Assembly: GCA_947594935.1 (NCBI GenBank)
Contig: CANQEM010000002.1
Location: 3,100 to 67,099 of the forward strand
Reading direction: 5' to 3'
DNA from: an uncultured Clostridia bacterium
GTDB taxonomy: Bacteria; Bacillota; Clostridia; TANB77; CAG-508
Length of the DNA stretch: 64,000 bases
Shown here one piece after another: positions 38,430 through 49,544 of the stretch (the stretch's first letter is position 1; each line of letters starts with the position of its first letter). Position numbers and translations under genes: made by a program. The notes beneath the pieces were generated by a model that saw nothing but the letters and a program-made list of their open reading frames with translations, was not told the origin of the DNA and did no database searches.

Positions 38430-38868
38430 CTATTACATTTATTTTTAAATTTGCGATAACTCCTTCATATAGCTTAATTGATACTGTTTTGATACCTAAT
38501 TCTTTTATTGTGTCTTTCATGTCTATTTTTTTCTTATCTACTGTTATTTGATGTGTTTTTTGTAATGCTTCTGCGATTTCTTTTGATGAAACTCCACCAA
38601 AGACTTTTCCATTTTCACCAGCTTTTACTGGGAAAGTTAACATTATTTTTCCTAACTTTTCTGCAATTTTTTTAGCTTCTTCTTTTTCTTGGTCTTTTTT
38701 ATAGGCATTTGCTTGTTGCTTTGCTTTTAGTTTTGCTAAATTATCTGCGTTTGCTTCAATTGCTAAGTTTTTTGGAAATAGAAAGTTACGTGCATATCCG
38801 TCTGATGTGTTTATAATTTGATCTTTTTTTCCGCTTCCTTTTATATCTTGCAATAAGATTACTTTCAT
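38422..38868 (-). CDS. rplI: 50S ribosomal protein L9
   Basis: [36 protein letters not shown]. Confidence 0.95.
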   Translation of the reverse strand: MKVILLQDIKGSGKKDQIINTSDGYARNFLFPKNLAIEANADNLAKLKAKQQANAYKKDQEKEEAKKIAEKLGKIMLTFPVKAGENGKVFGGVSSKEIAEALQKTHQITVDKKKIDMKDTIKELGIKTVSIKLYEGVIANLKINVIGE

Positions 38869-38880
38869 TTTTACTCCCCC

Positions 38881-40914
38881 TTATGCTTGTTGTTCTTCAA
38901 AATATTCATGTATCTTTTCAATAAGTAAGGCTTTGACTTCTTCCATTGACATTCCTTCTACTTGTGCTCCTGCAAGTGTGATATGCCCTCCTCCGCCTAG
39001 TTTTTCTAAGATTACTTGAACATTTATATCACCAATAGAGCGCCCACTTATGCAGATTTTTTCATCTAAATATCCTAATACAAAAGATGCTGTAATATTA
39101 CTTATTGTTAGTAATTCATCTGCTGCTTTTGCACAAACTACATTACTGTCTTTGTCTTTATCTTCATTTATTGCAACTGCTATTGTATCTGTTACCATTT
39201 CTGCTGATTTAACAATTCCTGCTATTTTATTAAAGCTTAATAAATCACTTTGGAACCATTTTTTTACACGAATTATATCAACTCCACATTTACGCAAATA
39301 TGCGGCTGCTTCAAATGTTCTTACACCTGTTTTAAATGTGAAGTTCTTTGTATCCATCATAATTCCAGCATATAGGCTTTCTGCTTCTATTGTTTTTAAT
39401 TCAACATCTGTTTCTGCATATTGTAATAGTTCTGTTACTAACTCTGCTGCTGATGACGCATATACTTCTTGGAAAGTTAGTGTTGCATCTTCAATATAGT
39501 CTTCACTTCTTCTGTGGTGGTCAATAACAACTACTTTTTTTATTCTTTCTAATAATTCTGGTGCTTCTACGAAGTTCCTTTTATGTGTGTCAACTACTAC
39601 AAGTAAAGTGTTTTCTTCTATATTTTCAAGTGCTACTTCTTTGCTTATCAATACATCTTCATATTCTGGCTCTTTTGATAATTCTGTTTCAAAGTTTTCT
39701 AATGCTGAGCCACCTACTTCGTGAATAATATAGGCATTTTTGTCTAAGCTTCTAGCTAGTCTATATATTCCCATACTAGAACCCATAACATCAATATCTG
39801 GGTTCACATGACCCATAATCATAACTTTGTCTGCTTCTTTGATTAAATCTTCTAGTGCTTGGGCTACTATTCTTGCTTTTACTTTTGTACGTTTTTCTAC
39901 TTCTTGTGCCCTTCCGCCAAAGAAACGATATGTTTCATTTTCTCTAATAACTGCTTGGTCTCCACCTCTACCAAGAACTAGGTCCATTGCGGTTTGTGCT
40001 GATTTATATTTTTCTCTATCTGTATCGCCTTCATTTGAAATTGCAATACTTAGTGTGAAAGGTATTTTTTCCTTTGTGTTTATTTCTTTTATTTTGTCTA
40101 GAATACTGAATTTGTCTTCTTTTACTGTTTCTAAGTATCTTTGTTCAAATACGCAAATATAACGGTTGTGCTCTGTTTTGATTAGAACTCCGTTTGTTTG
40201 GTTTGTCCATTCTAAAATGGCTTTGTCTATTTCTGCTATGATTTGTGGCTTTTCTTCTGCATCTACAAGCTGCATGTTTTCTTCGTAGTTGTCTATGCTT
40301 ATGATTTCTACACATGAACGAGTGTCAATGTATTTTTGTTGTAATACTGTATTTTCTGTTATGTCTATAAAATATACCATTAACATGTATTCTTTTTTGG
40401 CTTTTTTCTCTTTGTTGCTTGAATGTACGTATTTTCCTATTACACGATAAATTTTGTCTCCAATAGCCATTTCTTGCTCGATGTATTGTGGTATTTTAGC
40501 GTGTTTGTCAATATTTTTACTGTTTTCAATGTCTTTTTTTATTTCTTCCATTATCTCATCAAGATATGGATCCATTTCAATGTTTTCAAATTCTGACACA
40601 AATTTTGAACTTCTCCAAATAATGTTTCCATCTGTTTCTAAGATTATTAGTGGAAATGGAGAGTTGATTAAGGTGCTTTTTGCAGCTGAGTCCACACTGA
40701 TTGTTAAGTCTTGCAATGTTTCTGAGATTTCATTTTTCCTTTTGTTGTTAGCAAAATATGTATATCCCATAACTAGTAGCATTACTGCAATTGATGGCAC
40801 TATCCATTTTGTATTTTGAATGCAAATAACAATTAGCAATACTAAAATAATTACTAAATATATCTTGGTTCTAGATATTAAACTATCGAAAACTTTTCTA
40901 TTATTATTTTTCAA
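38881..40914 (-). CDS. gdpP: GdpP/YybT-type DHH-DHHA1 phosphodiesterase (c-di-AMP phosphodiesterase-like)
   Basis: Two N-terminal TM helices, central PAS and degenerate-GGDEF-length region, GHVNPDIDVMGS, VIDHHRR, GGGGH. Confidence 0.85.
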   Translation of the reverse strand: MKNNNRKVFDSLISRTKIYLVIILVLLIVICIQNTKWIVPSIAVMLLVMGYTYFANNKRKNEISETLQDLTISVDSAAKSTLINSPFPLIILETDGNIIWRSSKFVSEFENIEMDPYLDEIMEEIKKDIENSKNIDKHAKIPQYIEQEMAIGDKIYRVIGKYVHSSNKEKKAKKEYMLMVYFIDITENTVLQQKYIDTRSCVEIISIDNYEENMQLVDAEEKPQIIAEIDKAILEWTNQTNGVLIKTEHNRYICVFEQRYLETVKEDKFSILDKIKEINTKEKIPFTLSIAISNEGDTDREKYKSAQTAMDLVLGRGGDQAVIRENETYRFFGGRAQEVEKRTKVKARIVAQALEDLIKEADKVMIMGHVNPDIDVMGSSMGIYRLARSLDKNAYIIHEVGGSALENFETELSKEPEYEDVLISKEVALENIEENTLLVVVDTHKRNFVEAPELLERIKKVVVIDHHRRSEDYIEDATLTFQEVYASSAAELVTELLQYAETDVELKTIEAESLYAGIMMDTKNFTFKTGVRTFEAAAYLRKCGVDIIRVKKWFQSDLLSFNKIAGIVKSAEMVTDTIAVAINEDKDKDSNVVCAKAADELLTISNITASFVLGYLDEKICISGRSIGDINVQVILEKLGGGGHITLAGAQVEGMSMEEVKALLIEKIHEYFEEQQA

Positions 40915-40949
40915 TCTTTTATTCCTCCTAAGGATATTTGTTCGTATAT

Positions 40950-40978
40950 ATTTTATAGCATTTCATGCGTTTTGTCAA
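40950..40978 (-). promoter_or_regulatory. Promoter of the gdpP-rplI-dnaB unit
   Basis: Minus strand: TTGACA (40973-40978), 17-nt spacer, TAAAAT (40950-40955). Confidence 0.6.
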
Positions 40979-40981
40979 GTT

Positions 40982-41008
40982 TAAAAGCGACCCTTCTATG
41001 GTCGCTTT
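40982..41008 (-). terminator. Rho-independent terminator after rpoC
   Basis: AGCGACC-7 nt-GGTCGCT followed by TTTT on the minus strand. Confidence 0.7.
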
Positions 41009-41011
41009 GGT

Positions 41012-44000
41012 TTATTCTGCAACTTGTGCTGGAACTGATTCTTGTTCCGCTTCTGCTGCTACTTCTTCATGTTCTGTGCTTATGTGAATATCTTGATATT
41101 TCTTCATTCCTGTTCCTGCTGGTATTAGTTTACCTATAATTACGTTTTCTTTTAGTCCTATTAAGTCGTCTGTTTTACCTTTTACAGCTGCTTCTGTTAA
41201 AACTCTTGTTGTTTCTTGGAAAGATGCGGCTGATAAGAAGCTTTCAGTTGCAAGTGATGCTTTTGTAATTCCTAGTAATACTCTCTTACCAGTTGCAGGT
41301 CTCTTGCCTTCTTCAACTGCTTGTTTATTCTTATCTTCGAATTCATACATATCAATTAGTGAGCCAGCAAACATGTCTGTATCTCCGTTATCTTCGATTC
41401 TTACTTTTTTAAGCATTTGTCTACCGATAACTTCAATGTGCTTGTCGTTGATGTCAACACCTTGGTTACGATATACTTTTTGTACTTCTGAGATTAAGTA
41501 TTCATATACTCCTTCTGGTCCTTTTATTGCAAGTAATTCTGCTGGGTTTATAGAACCTTCGATTAGAGGTTGAGCAACTTCAACCATGTCTCCGTCACTA
41601 ACTTTCATTTTTGAACCAAATGGAATTGTATATGTTTTTGAATCTTCTTTTGATGTAACAATTACTTCTTTCTTTTTCTTAGATTCTTTTATTTTTACTT
41701 TTCCAGCAATTTCTGAGATAATTGCTAATCCCTTTGGTTTTCTAGCTTCAAATAATTCTTCAACCCTAGGCAAACCTTGTGTGATGTCTGCTACACCTGC
41801 AACACCACCTGAGTGAATAGTTCTCATTGTTAATTGTGTACCTGGTTCACCAATTGATTGTGCTGCGATAATACCAATTGATTCTCCAATTGATACTAGG
41901 TCTCTTCTTGCTAAGCCCATTCCATAACATTTTTGGCATACACCATGTTTTGAATGGCAACCTAATACAGAACGTACTTCAACTTTTTCAATTCCTGCTT
42001 CTACTATTTTTTCTGCGATTGGTTCTGTAATCATTGTGTTTGTATCAACTATCAATTCTTTTGTTTTTGGATCTACTATATCATGTAAAGTAAATCTTCC
42101 AACTAGTCTTTCTTGTAGTTTTTCAATTACTTGGTTTCCGTCTTTTATGTCGTAAATTGTGATACCTTCTTCTGTTCCACAGTCTGCTTCTCTAACAATA
42201 ATATCTTGTGATACATCTACTAATCTTCTTGTTAAGTAACCTGAGTCTGCTGTTCTTAGAGCTGTATCTGAAAGTCCTTTTCTTGCACCGTGTGCTGATA
42301 TGAAGTATTCTAGTGCGTCTAAGCCGTCTGCAAAAGATGATTTAATTGGAATTTCAACTGCTTTACCTGTTGTACTTGCCATCAAGCCTCTCATACCTGC
42401 TATTTGACGTAATTGGTTCATATTACCACGGGCACCTGACTTAACCATCATGTATATTGGGTTTAAGTTGTCAAAGTTTTCTTCCATTGCTGTACTTACA
42501 TCATTTGTTGCTTGTTCCCAAACTTTGATAACTGCGTTATAACGCTCGTCTTCTGTTATAAGACCTCTTGCATATTGTTTACGAATTGTTTCTACTTGTT
42601 TATCAGCGTCTTCTAATATGTCTTTTTTAGCAGCTGGCACTTGTACGTCACTCATAGAGAATGTAATTCCTGCCAAAGTAGAATATTTGAATCCTAATGA
42701 TTTAATGTAGTCAATTACTTCTGCTGATTCTGTTAAACCATGTAATCTGATTACTCTTTCAATAATTGTACCCATTGTCTTTTTAACAACTGGGAAATTG
42801 ATTTCATATTGGAATGGGTCTTGTGTTCTATCTACAAAGCCTAAGTCTTGTGGAATTCCTTGGTTGAAGATGATTCTTCCTATACTAGTTTCAATTTTTT
42901 TATACTGCATTTGTCCATTGATTTCTTTGCCTATTCTTACAAAGATTTTTGCGTGAATTCCTACATCATGATTTTCAAAAGCCATTATAGCTTCATCTGG
43001 ATCACGATAGTAAGAGCCTTCACCTTGTTCACCGTCAATAATCATTGTTAAATAGTAACTTCCTAAAATCATGTCAAGCCTTGGTACTGCAACTGGTTTA
43101 CCGTCTTGTGGTTTTAATAAGTTGTTTGTAGATAACATTAAATATCTTGCTTCTGCTTGTGCTTCTGGTGATAGTGGTAAATGTATAGCCATTTGGTCAC
43201 CGTCGAAGTCGGCATTAAATGCCTCACAAACTAGTGGGTGAAGTTTAATTGCTCTACCTTCAACTAATACTGGTTCAAATGCTTGAATTCCAAGTCTGTG
43301 TAATGTTGGGGCACGGTTTAACATTACTGGGTGGTCTTTGATTACATCTTCAAGAATTCCCCATACTTCTGGGTTTAGTCTTTCTACCATTCTTTTAGCA
43401 TTTTTGATGTTTTGTGCTAAGCCTCTACCAACTAGTTCTCTCATAACAAATGGTTTAAATAATTCAATTGCCATTTCTTTTGGAAGTCCACATTGATAAA
43501 TTTTTAGTTCTGGTCCTACAACGATAACTGAACGTCCAGAGTAGTCAACACGTTTTCCAAGTAAGTTTTGACGGAAACGTCCTTGCTTTCCTTTTAACAT
43601 GTCTGATAAAGATTTTAATGCTCTGTTACCAGCTCCCGTAACTGGTCTTCCACGTCTACCATTATCTATTAAGGCATCTACTGATTCTTGTAACATACGT
43701 TTTTCGTTACGTACAATAATTTCTGGCGCTCCTAATTCTAGAAGTCTTTTTAATCTGTTGTTTCTGTTTATAACTCTACGGTATAGGTCATTTAAATCTG
43801 ATGTGGCAAAACGTCCACCATCTAATTGTACCATTGGTCTTAGTTCTGGTGGTATAACTGGGATTACTCCCATAACCATCCATTCTGGTCTGTTTCCAGA
43901 AATTCTAAAAGATTCTACTGTGTCTAATCTTTTAATGATTTTTGATTTTTTCTGTTCACTTGCTTTTTCAATTTCTTTTTTGATTGATGCTGATAGTTTA

Positions 44001-44557
44001 TCTAAGTCAATTTCTGCTAATAGGTCTCTGATTGCTTCTGCTCCCATTGATGCTTTGAAGCTATCTTTGCCATATTTTTCTTGTGCTTCATGATATTCTT
44101 TTTCATTTAGCACTTGGCATTTTGTTAGACCTGTTTTGCCTTTATCTGTAACAATATATGATGCAAAGTAGATTACTTTTTCCAAGTTTCTTGGTGAAAC
44201 ATCTAGCATTGTTGCTATTCTACTTGGAATTCCTTTGAAGTACCAGATGTGTGCAACTGGGGCTGCAAGTTCAATGTGCCCCATTCTTTCACGTCTTACT
44301 TTTGATTTTGTTACTTCTACACCACATCTATCACATACAATTCCTTTATATCTTACTCTTTTATATTTTCCACAGTGGCATTCCCAGTCTTTTGTTGGTC
44401 CAAATATTCTTTCACAGAATAGACCATCTTTTTCTGGTTTTAATGTTCTATAATTGATGGTTTCTGGCTTTTTTACTTCGCCTCTTGACCATTCTCTTAT
44501 TTGCTCATCTGATGCAATTCCTATTTTTAATTTGTTAAAAATTTCTAATTCGTCCAC
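41012..44557 (-). CDS. rpoC: DNA-directed RNA polymerase subunit beta'
   Basis: NADFDGDQM catalytic motif, zinc-finger [23 protein letters not shown] start after AAGGGGGAAA. Confidence 0.98.
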   Translation of the reverse strand: MDELEIFNKLKIGIASDEQIREWSRGEVKKPETINYRTLKPEKDGLFCERIFGPTKDWECHCGKYKRVRYKGIVCDRCGVEVTKSKVRRERMGHIELAAPVAHIWYFKGIPSRIATMLDVSPRNLEKVIYFASYIVTDKGKTGLTKCQVLNEKEYHEAQEKYGKDSFKASMGAEAIRDLLAEIDLDKLSASIKKEIEKASEQKKSKIIKRLDTVESFRISGNRPEWMVMGVIPVIPPELRPMVQLDGGRFATSDLNDLYRRVINRNNRLKRLLELGAPEIIVRNEKRMLQESVDALIDNGRRGRPVTGAGNRALKSLSDMLKGKQGRFRQNLLGKRVDYSGRSVIVVGPELKIYQCGLPKEMAIELFKPFVMRELVGRGLAQNIKNAKRMVERLNPEVWGILEDVIKDHPVMLNRAPTLHRLGIQAFEPVLVEGRAIKLHPLVCEAFNADFDGDQMAIHLPLSPEAQAEARYLMLSTNNLLKPQDGKPVAVPRLDMILGSYYLTMIIDGEQGEGSYYRDPDEAIMAFENHDVGIHAKIFVRIGKEINGQMQYKKIETSIGRIIFNQGIPQDLGFVDRTQDPFQYEINFPVVKKTMGTIIERVIRLHGLTESAEVIDYIKSLGFKYSTLAGITFSMSDVQVPAAKKDILEDADKQVETIRKQYARGLITEDERYNAVIKVWEQATNDVSTAMEENFDNLNPIYMMVKSGARGNMNQLRQIAGMRGLMASTTGKAVEIPIKSSFADGLDALEYFISAHGARKGLSDTALRTADSGYLTRRLVDVSQDIIVREADCGTEEGITIYDIKDGNQVIEKLQERLVGRFTLHDIVDPKTKELIVDTNTMITEPIAEKIVEAGIEKVEVRSVLGCHSKHGVCQKCYGMGLARRDLVSIGESIGIIAAQSIGEPGTQLTMRTIHSGGVAGVADITQGLPRVEELFEARKPKGLAIISEIAGKVKIKESKKKKEVIVTSKEDSKTYTIPFGSKMKVSDGDMVEVAQPLIEGSINPAELLAIKGPEGVYEYLISEVQKVYRNQGVDINDKHIEVIGRQMLKKVRIEDNGDTDMFAGSLIDMYEFEDKNKQAVEEGKRPATGKRVLLGITKASLATESFLSAASFQETTRVLTEAAVKGKTDDLIGLKENVIIGKLIPAGTGMKKYQDIHISTEHEEVAAEAEQESVPAQVAE

Positions 44558-44569
44558 GCTTTTTCCCCC

Positions 44570-47500
44570 TTATTCAATGACATCATCGTCAGAATCGAAA
44601 ATATCTTCATCATCTTCGTCATCTAAATCACCAAAAAGCTCGTCATCATCTTCTAACATCATGTCTTCATCTTCCAAGTTCTCGTCTATGAAGTTGTCTT
44701 CTAGTTCGCCTTCATTATCTCCTGTGAAGTCTTCTTGTGATAACATTTTCTTTTCTTGCTCTGGGTCATATTCAATTCCGTCTTCAATATTTTCTTTTAA
44801 TTCTAGTTCTTGATTATCTTCTGAATATAGTTTTACATCTAAGCCCAAAGATTGTAATTCTTTTACTAGCACTTTAAAGCTTTCTGGTATACCTGGTTCT
44901 GGTATATTTTCGCCTTTAACAATTGCTTCGTAAGTTTTTACTCTTCCGACTATATCATCAGATTTTACTGTTAACATTTCTTGTAATGTGTATGCTGCTC
45001 CATAGGCCTCTAATGCCCAAACTTCCATTTCTCCGAAACGTTGTCCACCGAATTGTGCTTTACCACCAAGTGGTTGTTGTGTTACTAGTGAGTATGGTCC
45101 TGTTGAACGAGCATGTATTTTATCGTCTACTAAGTGATGTAGTTTTAACATGTACATTACGCCGACTGTAACTGGTTTTGCAAATGGATCTCCGGTACGT
45201 CCATCATATAGGATAGATTTTCCGTCTGCACTCATTCCGGCTTCTTTCAAGATTTCTTCAACATCTTGTTGTGTTGCACCATCAAATACTGGTGTTGAAA
45301 CATGCCATCCAAGTGCTTTTGCTGCTCCACCTAAGTGTACTTCTAAGATTTGACCTAAGTTCATACGAGATGGAACACCTAGTGGGTTTAATAAAATATC
45401 GATTGGTGTACCATCTGGTAAAAATGGCATATCTTCTTCTGGTAATACTCTTGAAATAACACCTTTATTTCCGTGGCGTCCAGCCATTTTATCACCAACT
45501 GAGATTTTTCTCTTTGTTGCAATATAACATCTGATTATTTGATTTACGCCTGGTCCTAGTTCGTCTGAATTTTCTCTTGTAAATATCCTTACATCTACTA
45601 TTGTTCCAGCTTCTCCATGAGGAACACGTAAAGAAGTGTCTCTAACTTCTCTTGCTTTTTCTCCAAAGATTGCTCTTAAAAGTCTTTCTTCTGCTGTTAA
45701 TTCAGTTTCTCCTTTTGGAGTTACTTTACCTACCAAAATGTCTCCTGGTCTAACTTCTGCACCTATTCTGATAATTCCGTTTTCGTCAAGGTCTTTTAAA
45801 ACATCATCACCAACATTTGGTATGTCTCTTGTGATTTCCTCTGGACCTAATTTTGTATCACGGCATTCGCAATCATATTCTTCAATGTGAATTGATGTGA
45901 ATACATCTTCTTTGACTAGTCTTTCATTTAACAAAATAGCATCTTCGTAGTTGTAACCTTCCCATGTAGAGAATGCAACTAATACGTTTTTACCAAGTGA
46001 CATTTCCCCATCTTTTGTTGCTGGACCGTCTGCAATTGCGTCACCTTTCTTAACTATTTCGCCTTTTTTTACTATTGGTTTTTGGTTGATACATGTTCCA
46101 CCATTTGTTCTCTTGAATTTACGCAATTTATGTACAACTGTTTTTCCGTTTTGATATTTAACAGTGATTGCATCACCTGTTACTTTTTCTATAACTCCGT
46201 CATCTTCTGCTAACACTAATATTCCAGAATCTTTTGCTGCTCTGTATTCTATACCTGTTGCAACAATTGGTCTTTCTGTTATCATTAGAGGTACAGCTTG
46301 ACGTTGCATGTTTGCACCCATCAATGATCTTTTTGCATCATCATGCTCTAAGAATGGTATCATGGCTGCTGCAATTGATACTAGTTGTTTTGGTGAAACA
46401 TCAATATATTGTACTTGGTCTTTATCAACTTCGATAATGTCGTTTTTGTAACGTACTCTAATTCTATCATTGATAAATTCGCCTTTTTTGTTCATTGGTT
46501 CTGATGCTTGTGCGATTATGTAGTTATCTTCTACATCTGCACTCATGTATTCTACAATGTCTGTTGCTCTATGTGTTTTTGGGTCAATTTTTCTGTATGG
46601 TGTTTCAATAAAGCCATATTCATTGATATTTGCAAATGAAGAAAGTGCTGAGATTAAGCCTATGTTTGGTCCTTCTGGTGATTCAATTGGGCATAATCTA
46701 CCATAGTGTGTATAGTGAACATCACGTACTTCGAAACCAGCTCTTTCTCTTGTTAAACCACCAGGTCCTAATGCTGAAATTCTTCTTTTATGTGTTAGTT
46801 CTGATAATGGGTTTGTTTGATCCATGAATTGTGATAGTTGTGAACTTCCAAAGAATTCTTTTATTGCTGATGTAATTGGTTTTGTGTTTATTAAAGTTTG
46901 TGGTGTTACAACATCTAGGTCTTGAATTGTCATTCTTTCACGTACAACTCTTTCTAATCTTGCTAAACCAATTCTAAATTGATTTTGTAAAAGTTCTCCT
47001 ACACAACGAATTCTACGGTTTGATAAGTGGTCAATGTCATCTGGTTTTCCAAGACCATGTGATAAGTTTAATAAATAGTTTACTGATGCTATCATGTCAT
47101 CAATTGTGATATGTTTTGGAACTAATTCGTCATATCTTTCTTTCATCATTTTTACTAAGTCTTTTTTGTCTGTATGGTCAATGATGTTTTTCAATATTTC
47201 ATAATTTACATCTTCTTTGAAGTGTAAGCTACTTAAATCAACATTTGGTAGAACTTTGTGTGGGTTTACTGTTCCGTTTCCGATAATTCTGATTGTTTTT
47301 TCGCCTAATAAAATATCAACTATGTTAATACCTGAATTTTGTATGTTGTCTGCTACTTCTTCTGTGATTACTTCACCTGCTTGTGCAAAAACTTCACCTG
47401 TTTCACTGTTTACAACATCTTTTGCTGCTATTTTGCCTTTAATTCTTCCTGCTAGACCTAATTTTTGGTTGAATTTGTATCTTCCTACTTTTGCTAGGTC

Positions 47501-48298
47501 ATATCTTCTGTCATCATAAAATAGACCACTGAATAGGCTTTTTGCAGCTTCAACTGTTGGAAGTTCTCCTGGTCTTAGTTTTTTATAGATTTCTATTAAA
47601 GCGTCTTCTTGATTTTTGATTGGGTCTTTTTCGATTGTTGCTTTAAGCATTTCTTCTTCCCCAAACAATTCACGAATTTGGTCATCACTAATTACACCTA
47701 TTGCGCGTAATAGGGTTGTAACTGGTACTTTTCTGGTACGGTCAACACGAACCCAGAAAATGTCGTTTCCATCTGTTTCATATTCTAGCCATGCTCCTCT
47801 GAGTGGCATAACTGTTGATGTATAAGTCTTTTTTCCTGTTTTTGTGTCAAAGATTTCATCATAGTAGCATCCTGGTGAACGTACTAATTGGCTAACAACA
47901 ACTCTTTCTGCTCCGTTTATAATAAATGTTCCACTGTCAGTCATCAATGGGAAATCTCCAAGATATATTTCTTGTTCTTTGATTTCTCCTGTTTCACGGT
48001 TGATTAACCTAACTTTTACATGTAGTCTGCTTGAATATGTTGCGTCTCTTTCTTTTGCTTCCTCTAATGAATATTTTGTTTTGTCTTCCATGTAATAGTC
48101 AAAAAATTCAAGAACAAGATTTCCAGAATAATCTTCTATTGGTGATATATCTTTTAATACTTCGCCTAGTCCTTCTTCTACAAACCAGTTGTATGAATCT
48201 TTTTGTACTTTGATTAGGTTTGGCATTTCGATAAAATCTCCAACTTTTGCGAAATCTTTTCTTGAAGCTTTTTCGTATTGGATGTCTTTTAGTTTCAA
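44570..48298 (-). CDS. rpoB: DNA-directed RNA polymerase subunit beta (with an acidic C-terminal tail of about 75 aa)
   Basis: Conserved RpoB blocks throughout. Probable TTG start at 48296-48298, 8 nt after AAGGAG. The track GTG at 48307 abuts the RBS. Confidence 0.97.
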   Translation of the reverse strand: MKLKDIQYEKASRKDFAKVGDFIEMPNLIKVQKDSYNWFVEEGLGEVLKDISPIEDYSGNLVLEFFDYYMEDKTKYSLEEAKERDATYSSRLHVKVRLINRETGEIKEQEIYLGDFPLMTDSGTFIINGAERVVVSQLVRSPGCYYDEIFDTKTGKKTYTSTVMPLRGAWLEYETDGNDIFWVRVDRTRKVPVTTLLRAIGVISDDQIRELFGEEEMLKATIEKDPIKNQEDALIEIYKKLRPGELPTVEAAKSLFSGLFYDDRRYDLAKVGRYKFNQKLGLAGRIKGKIAAKDVVNSETGEVFAQAGEVITEEVADNIQNSGINIVDILLGEKTIRIIGNGTVNPHKVLPNVDLSSLHFKEDVNYEILKNIIDHTDKKDLVKMMKERYDELVPKHITIDDMIASVNYLLNLSHGLGKPDDIDHLSNRRIRCVGELLQNQFRIGLARLERVVRERMTIQDLDVVTPQTLINTKPITSAIKEFFGSSQLSQFMDQTNPLSELTHKRRISALGPGGLTRERAGFEVRDVHYTHYGRLCPIESPEGPNIGLISALSSFANINEYGFIETPYRKIDPKTHRATDIVEYMSADVEDNYIIAQASEPMNKKGEFINDRIRVRYKNDIIEVDKDQVQYIDVSPKQLVSIAAAMIPFLEHDDAKRSLMGANMQRQAVPLMITERPIVATGIEYRAAKDSGILVLAEDDGVIEKVTGDAITVKYQNGKTVVHKLRKFKRTNGGTCINQKPIVKKGEIVKKGDAIADGPATKDGEMSLGKNVLVAFSTWEGYNYEDAILLNERLVKEDVFTSIHIEEYDCECRDTKLGPEEITRDIPNVGDDVLKDLDENGIIRIGAEVRPGDILVGKVTPKGETELTAEERLLRAIFGEKAREVRDTSLRVPHGEAGTIVDVRIFTRENSDELGPGVNQIIRCYIATKRKISVGDKMAGRHGNKGVISRVLPEEDMPFLPDGTPIDILLNPLGVPSRMNLGQILEVHLGGAAKALGWHVSTPVFDGATQQDVEEILKEAGMSADGKSILYDGRTGDPFAKPVTVGVMYMLKLHHLVDDKIHARSTGPYSLVTQQPLGGKAQFGGQRFGEMEVWALEAYGAAYTLQEMLTVKSDDIVGRVKTYEAIVKGENIPEPGIPESFKVLVKELQSLGLDVKLYSEDNQELELKENIEDGIEYDPEQEKKMLSQEDFTGDNEGELEDNFIDENLEDEDMMLEDDDELFGDLDDEDDEDIFDSDDDVIE

Positions 48299-48501
48299 AA
48301 AAATCACTCCTTATTTATTATTAAAGCAGAATGAATTTATTTGATTTTAGGAAAAGTCCTTCTTAGCTTATAGCTCTTATAAAGTTTCGGAAAATGTCTG
48401 CTTCCCATCTTCTTCTACTTTATGGGGTTCTATACCTAATTCCTCTTCCCCTAAAAAGAAAATCGATTTATATTAAATTTTGAATAAATGTTACAAGGAA
48501 T

Positions 48502-48531
48502 ATTATATCAAATTTTGCTTACGGAAGTCAA
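48502..48531 (-). promoter_or_regulatory. rpoB promoter (leader of about 190 nt)
   Basis: Minus strand: TTGACT (48526-48531), 18-nt spacer, TATAAT (48502-48507). Confidence 0.6.
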
Positions 48532-48553
48532 GCTTTTTGAAGAAATTTTTTTA

Positions 48554-48569
48554 TTTTTTTTGATATTGT
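48554..48569. repeat. Left copy of the perfect 16-bp direct repeat TTTTTTTTGATATTGT
   Basis: Exact match to 49550-49565. Flanking bases differ on both sides (a/t versus c/g). Confidence 0.9.
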
Positions 48570-48583
48570 TTCAATCTCCAAAA

Positions 48584-48613
48584 TTGGACATTTTACATAA
48601 AATATGGTATAAT
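48584..48613 (+). promoter_or_regulatory. Extended -10 promoter of the cassette gene
   Basis: TTGGAC (48584-48589), 18-nt spacer, TGgTATAAT (48605-48613). Confidence 0.6.
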
Positions 48614-48689
48614 ATATGTAGTGTAACCCTTATATTCTTGCCTTTTTTGGCAGGTTGACATAGAAAACATTATAAAAGGAGGAAAGAAT

Positions 48690-49490
48690 ATGAAAATCAA
48701 AGAATTAAGGCGGTGGTTTTCTACTACCATCGCAACAGTTGCGAAAAAGAGGAAGGATTCCACATTTCTGGCTGTCAGCCTTTTAGTGCTATATTTGTTA
48801 GCGCTTATATTCCTGGTTGGTGTATACAAGAATAGCTTCGGCTGGGGCGTAATTCTAGGCGTTTGCATTTGTCTAATAATCTACGCCGTCCAGAAGAGGG
48901 ACACTCTATTCAAGAAAAAGCCAAAATTCACATTTCCGACCAACGTAAGGATGAAGTACGTTGGTATTTACGAGCAAGTTGGGGTGGAAGCTGTGAAGGT
49001 CCTTAATGAGATGCCAAAAGAGGACCGACAAGCACTGCAACTAGTCGACAACAAGTCTTATTCATATCTGTTGATTTTTGACAAATACTTGAATGAGGTT
49101 TGGCAGACTTGGTTCGAAGATGTAGCACGAGCTGCTTGTCTTGTAGTTAGCCTGATGGAGAGACCGGTCATAGATACGAAATTATCATATGACTTTAACA
49201 CTCCAACGGCATCTGAGTACGAGCAGTATCGAGAGATTATCTTCGACTTTGCGTTAAGATGTGGATGCCTCAACTTGGGGATAGACTTCGAGTCTGTCAA
49301 GAGTGAGGAGCGTCTGTACAACATGCTTTTCCACTCTGTTTCAACACTCGCTCGTCAGAAGCCAAACGAGCAGAGTCTATCGGTTCTCATTGATATGTTC
49401 CACTATGTAAAAGAGGAAACTCTTTACTGGGATACGGATGATGAGGACTATGACTATGACGAAGACGCTGTTGAGGGTAGCAACGAATAA
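48690..49490 (+). CDS. Unknown 266-aa membrane-tethered protein: two N-terminal TM helices, helical cytoplasmic domain of about 185 aa, Asp/Glu/Tyr-rich tail
   Basis: AAAGGAGG RBS 7 nt before the ATG. TM helices at aa 26-46 and 52-67, flanked by Lys/Arg clusters. C-terminus YWDTDDEDYDYDEDAVEGSNE. No family recognised. About 43-47% GC versus about 30% in neighbours (hand counts). Confidence 0.85.
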   Translation: MKIKELRRWFSTTIATVAKKRKDSTFLAVSLLVLYLLALIFLVGVYKNSFGWGVILGVCICLIIYAVQKRDTLFKKKPKFTFPTNVRMKYVGIYEQVGVEAVKVLNEMPKEDRQALQLVDNKSYSYLLIFDKYLNEVWQTWFEDVARAACLVVSLMERPVIDTKLSYDFNTPTASEYEQYREIIFDFALRCGCLNLGIDFESVKSEERLYNMLFHSVSTLARQKPNEQSLSVLIDMFHYVKEETLYWDTDDEDYDYDEDAVEGSNE

Positions 49491-49500
49491 AATTCTTTAC

Positions 49501-49541
49501 CCCCACGTGCATTGCACGTGGGGTGTTTCTCTTTTTCTTTT
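49501..49541 (+). terminator. Strong GC-rich rho-independent terminator of the cassette gene
   Basis: CCCCACGTGC-att-GCACGTGGGG perfect 10-bp stem followed by TGTTTCTCTTTTTCTTTT. Confidence 0.85.
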
Positions 49542-49544
49542 CCA

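Noticed and set aside
44570-44810. Acidic C-terminal tail of RpoB (about 75 aa) and its Ser-rich antisense ORF 44454-44813 as an unusual fusion or extra gene
   Set aside because: From memory, clostridial RpoB proteins are about 50 aa longer than the Bacillus protein. The extension is continuous with rpoB, and the antisense ORF is a mirror artefact of GAT/GAA repeats. I have not confirmed that the extension is normally acidic.
48655-48676. TTGACA followed by TATAAA inside the cassette 5' UTR as a second promoter, and the CTTGCC-T6-GGCAGG hairpin at 48637-48654 as a terminator or attenuator
   Set aside because: The spacer between the hexamers is only 10 nt, which is incompatible with sigma-A. 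The hairpin is 6 bp with a G-U pair and has no following U-tract.
48593-48868. 91-aa minus-strand ORF overlapping the cassette promoter and the start of the cassette gene
   Set aside because: It has no RBS, runs antisense through a strong promoter/RBS/ORF arrangement on the + strand, and crosses the compositional boundary. Judged spurious, as is 49058-49324 (-).
49045-49056. Adjacent SpeI/SalI-like sites (ACTAGTCGAC) and other 6-cutter sites inside the cassette ORF, suggesting cloning-vector contamination
   Set aside because: The sites are in-frame coding sequence (QLVDN), and no vector backbone, polylinker or marker is present. An artificial or chimeric origin cannot be fully excluded without reads, but these sites are not evidence for it.
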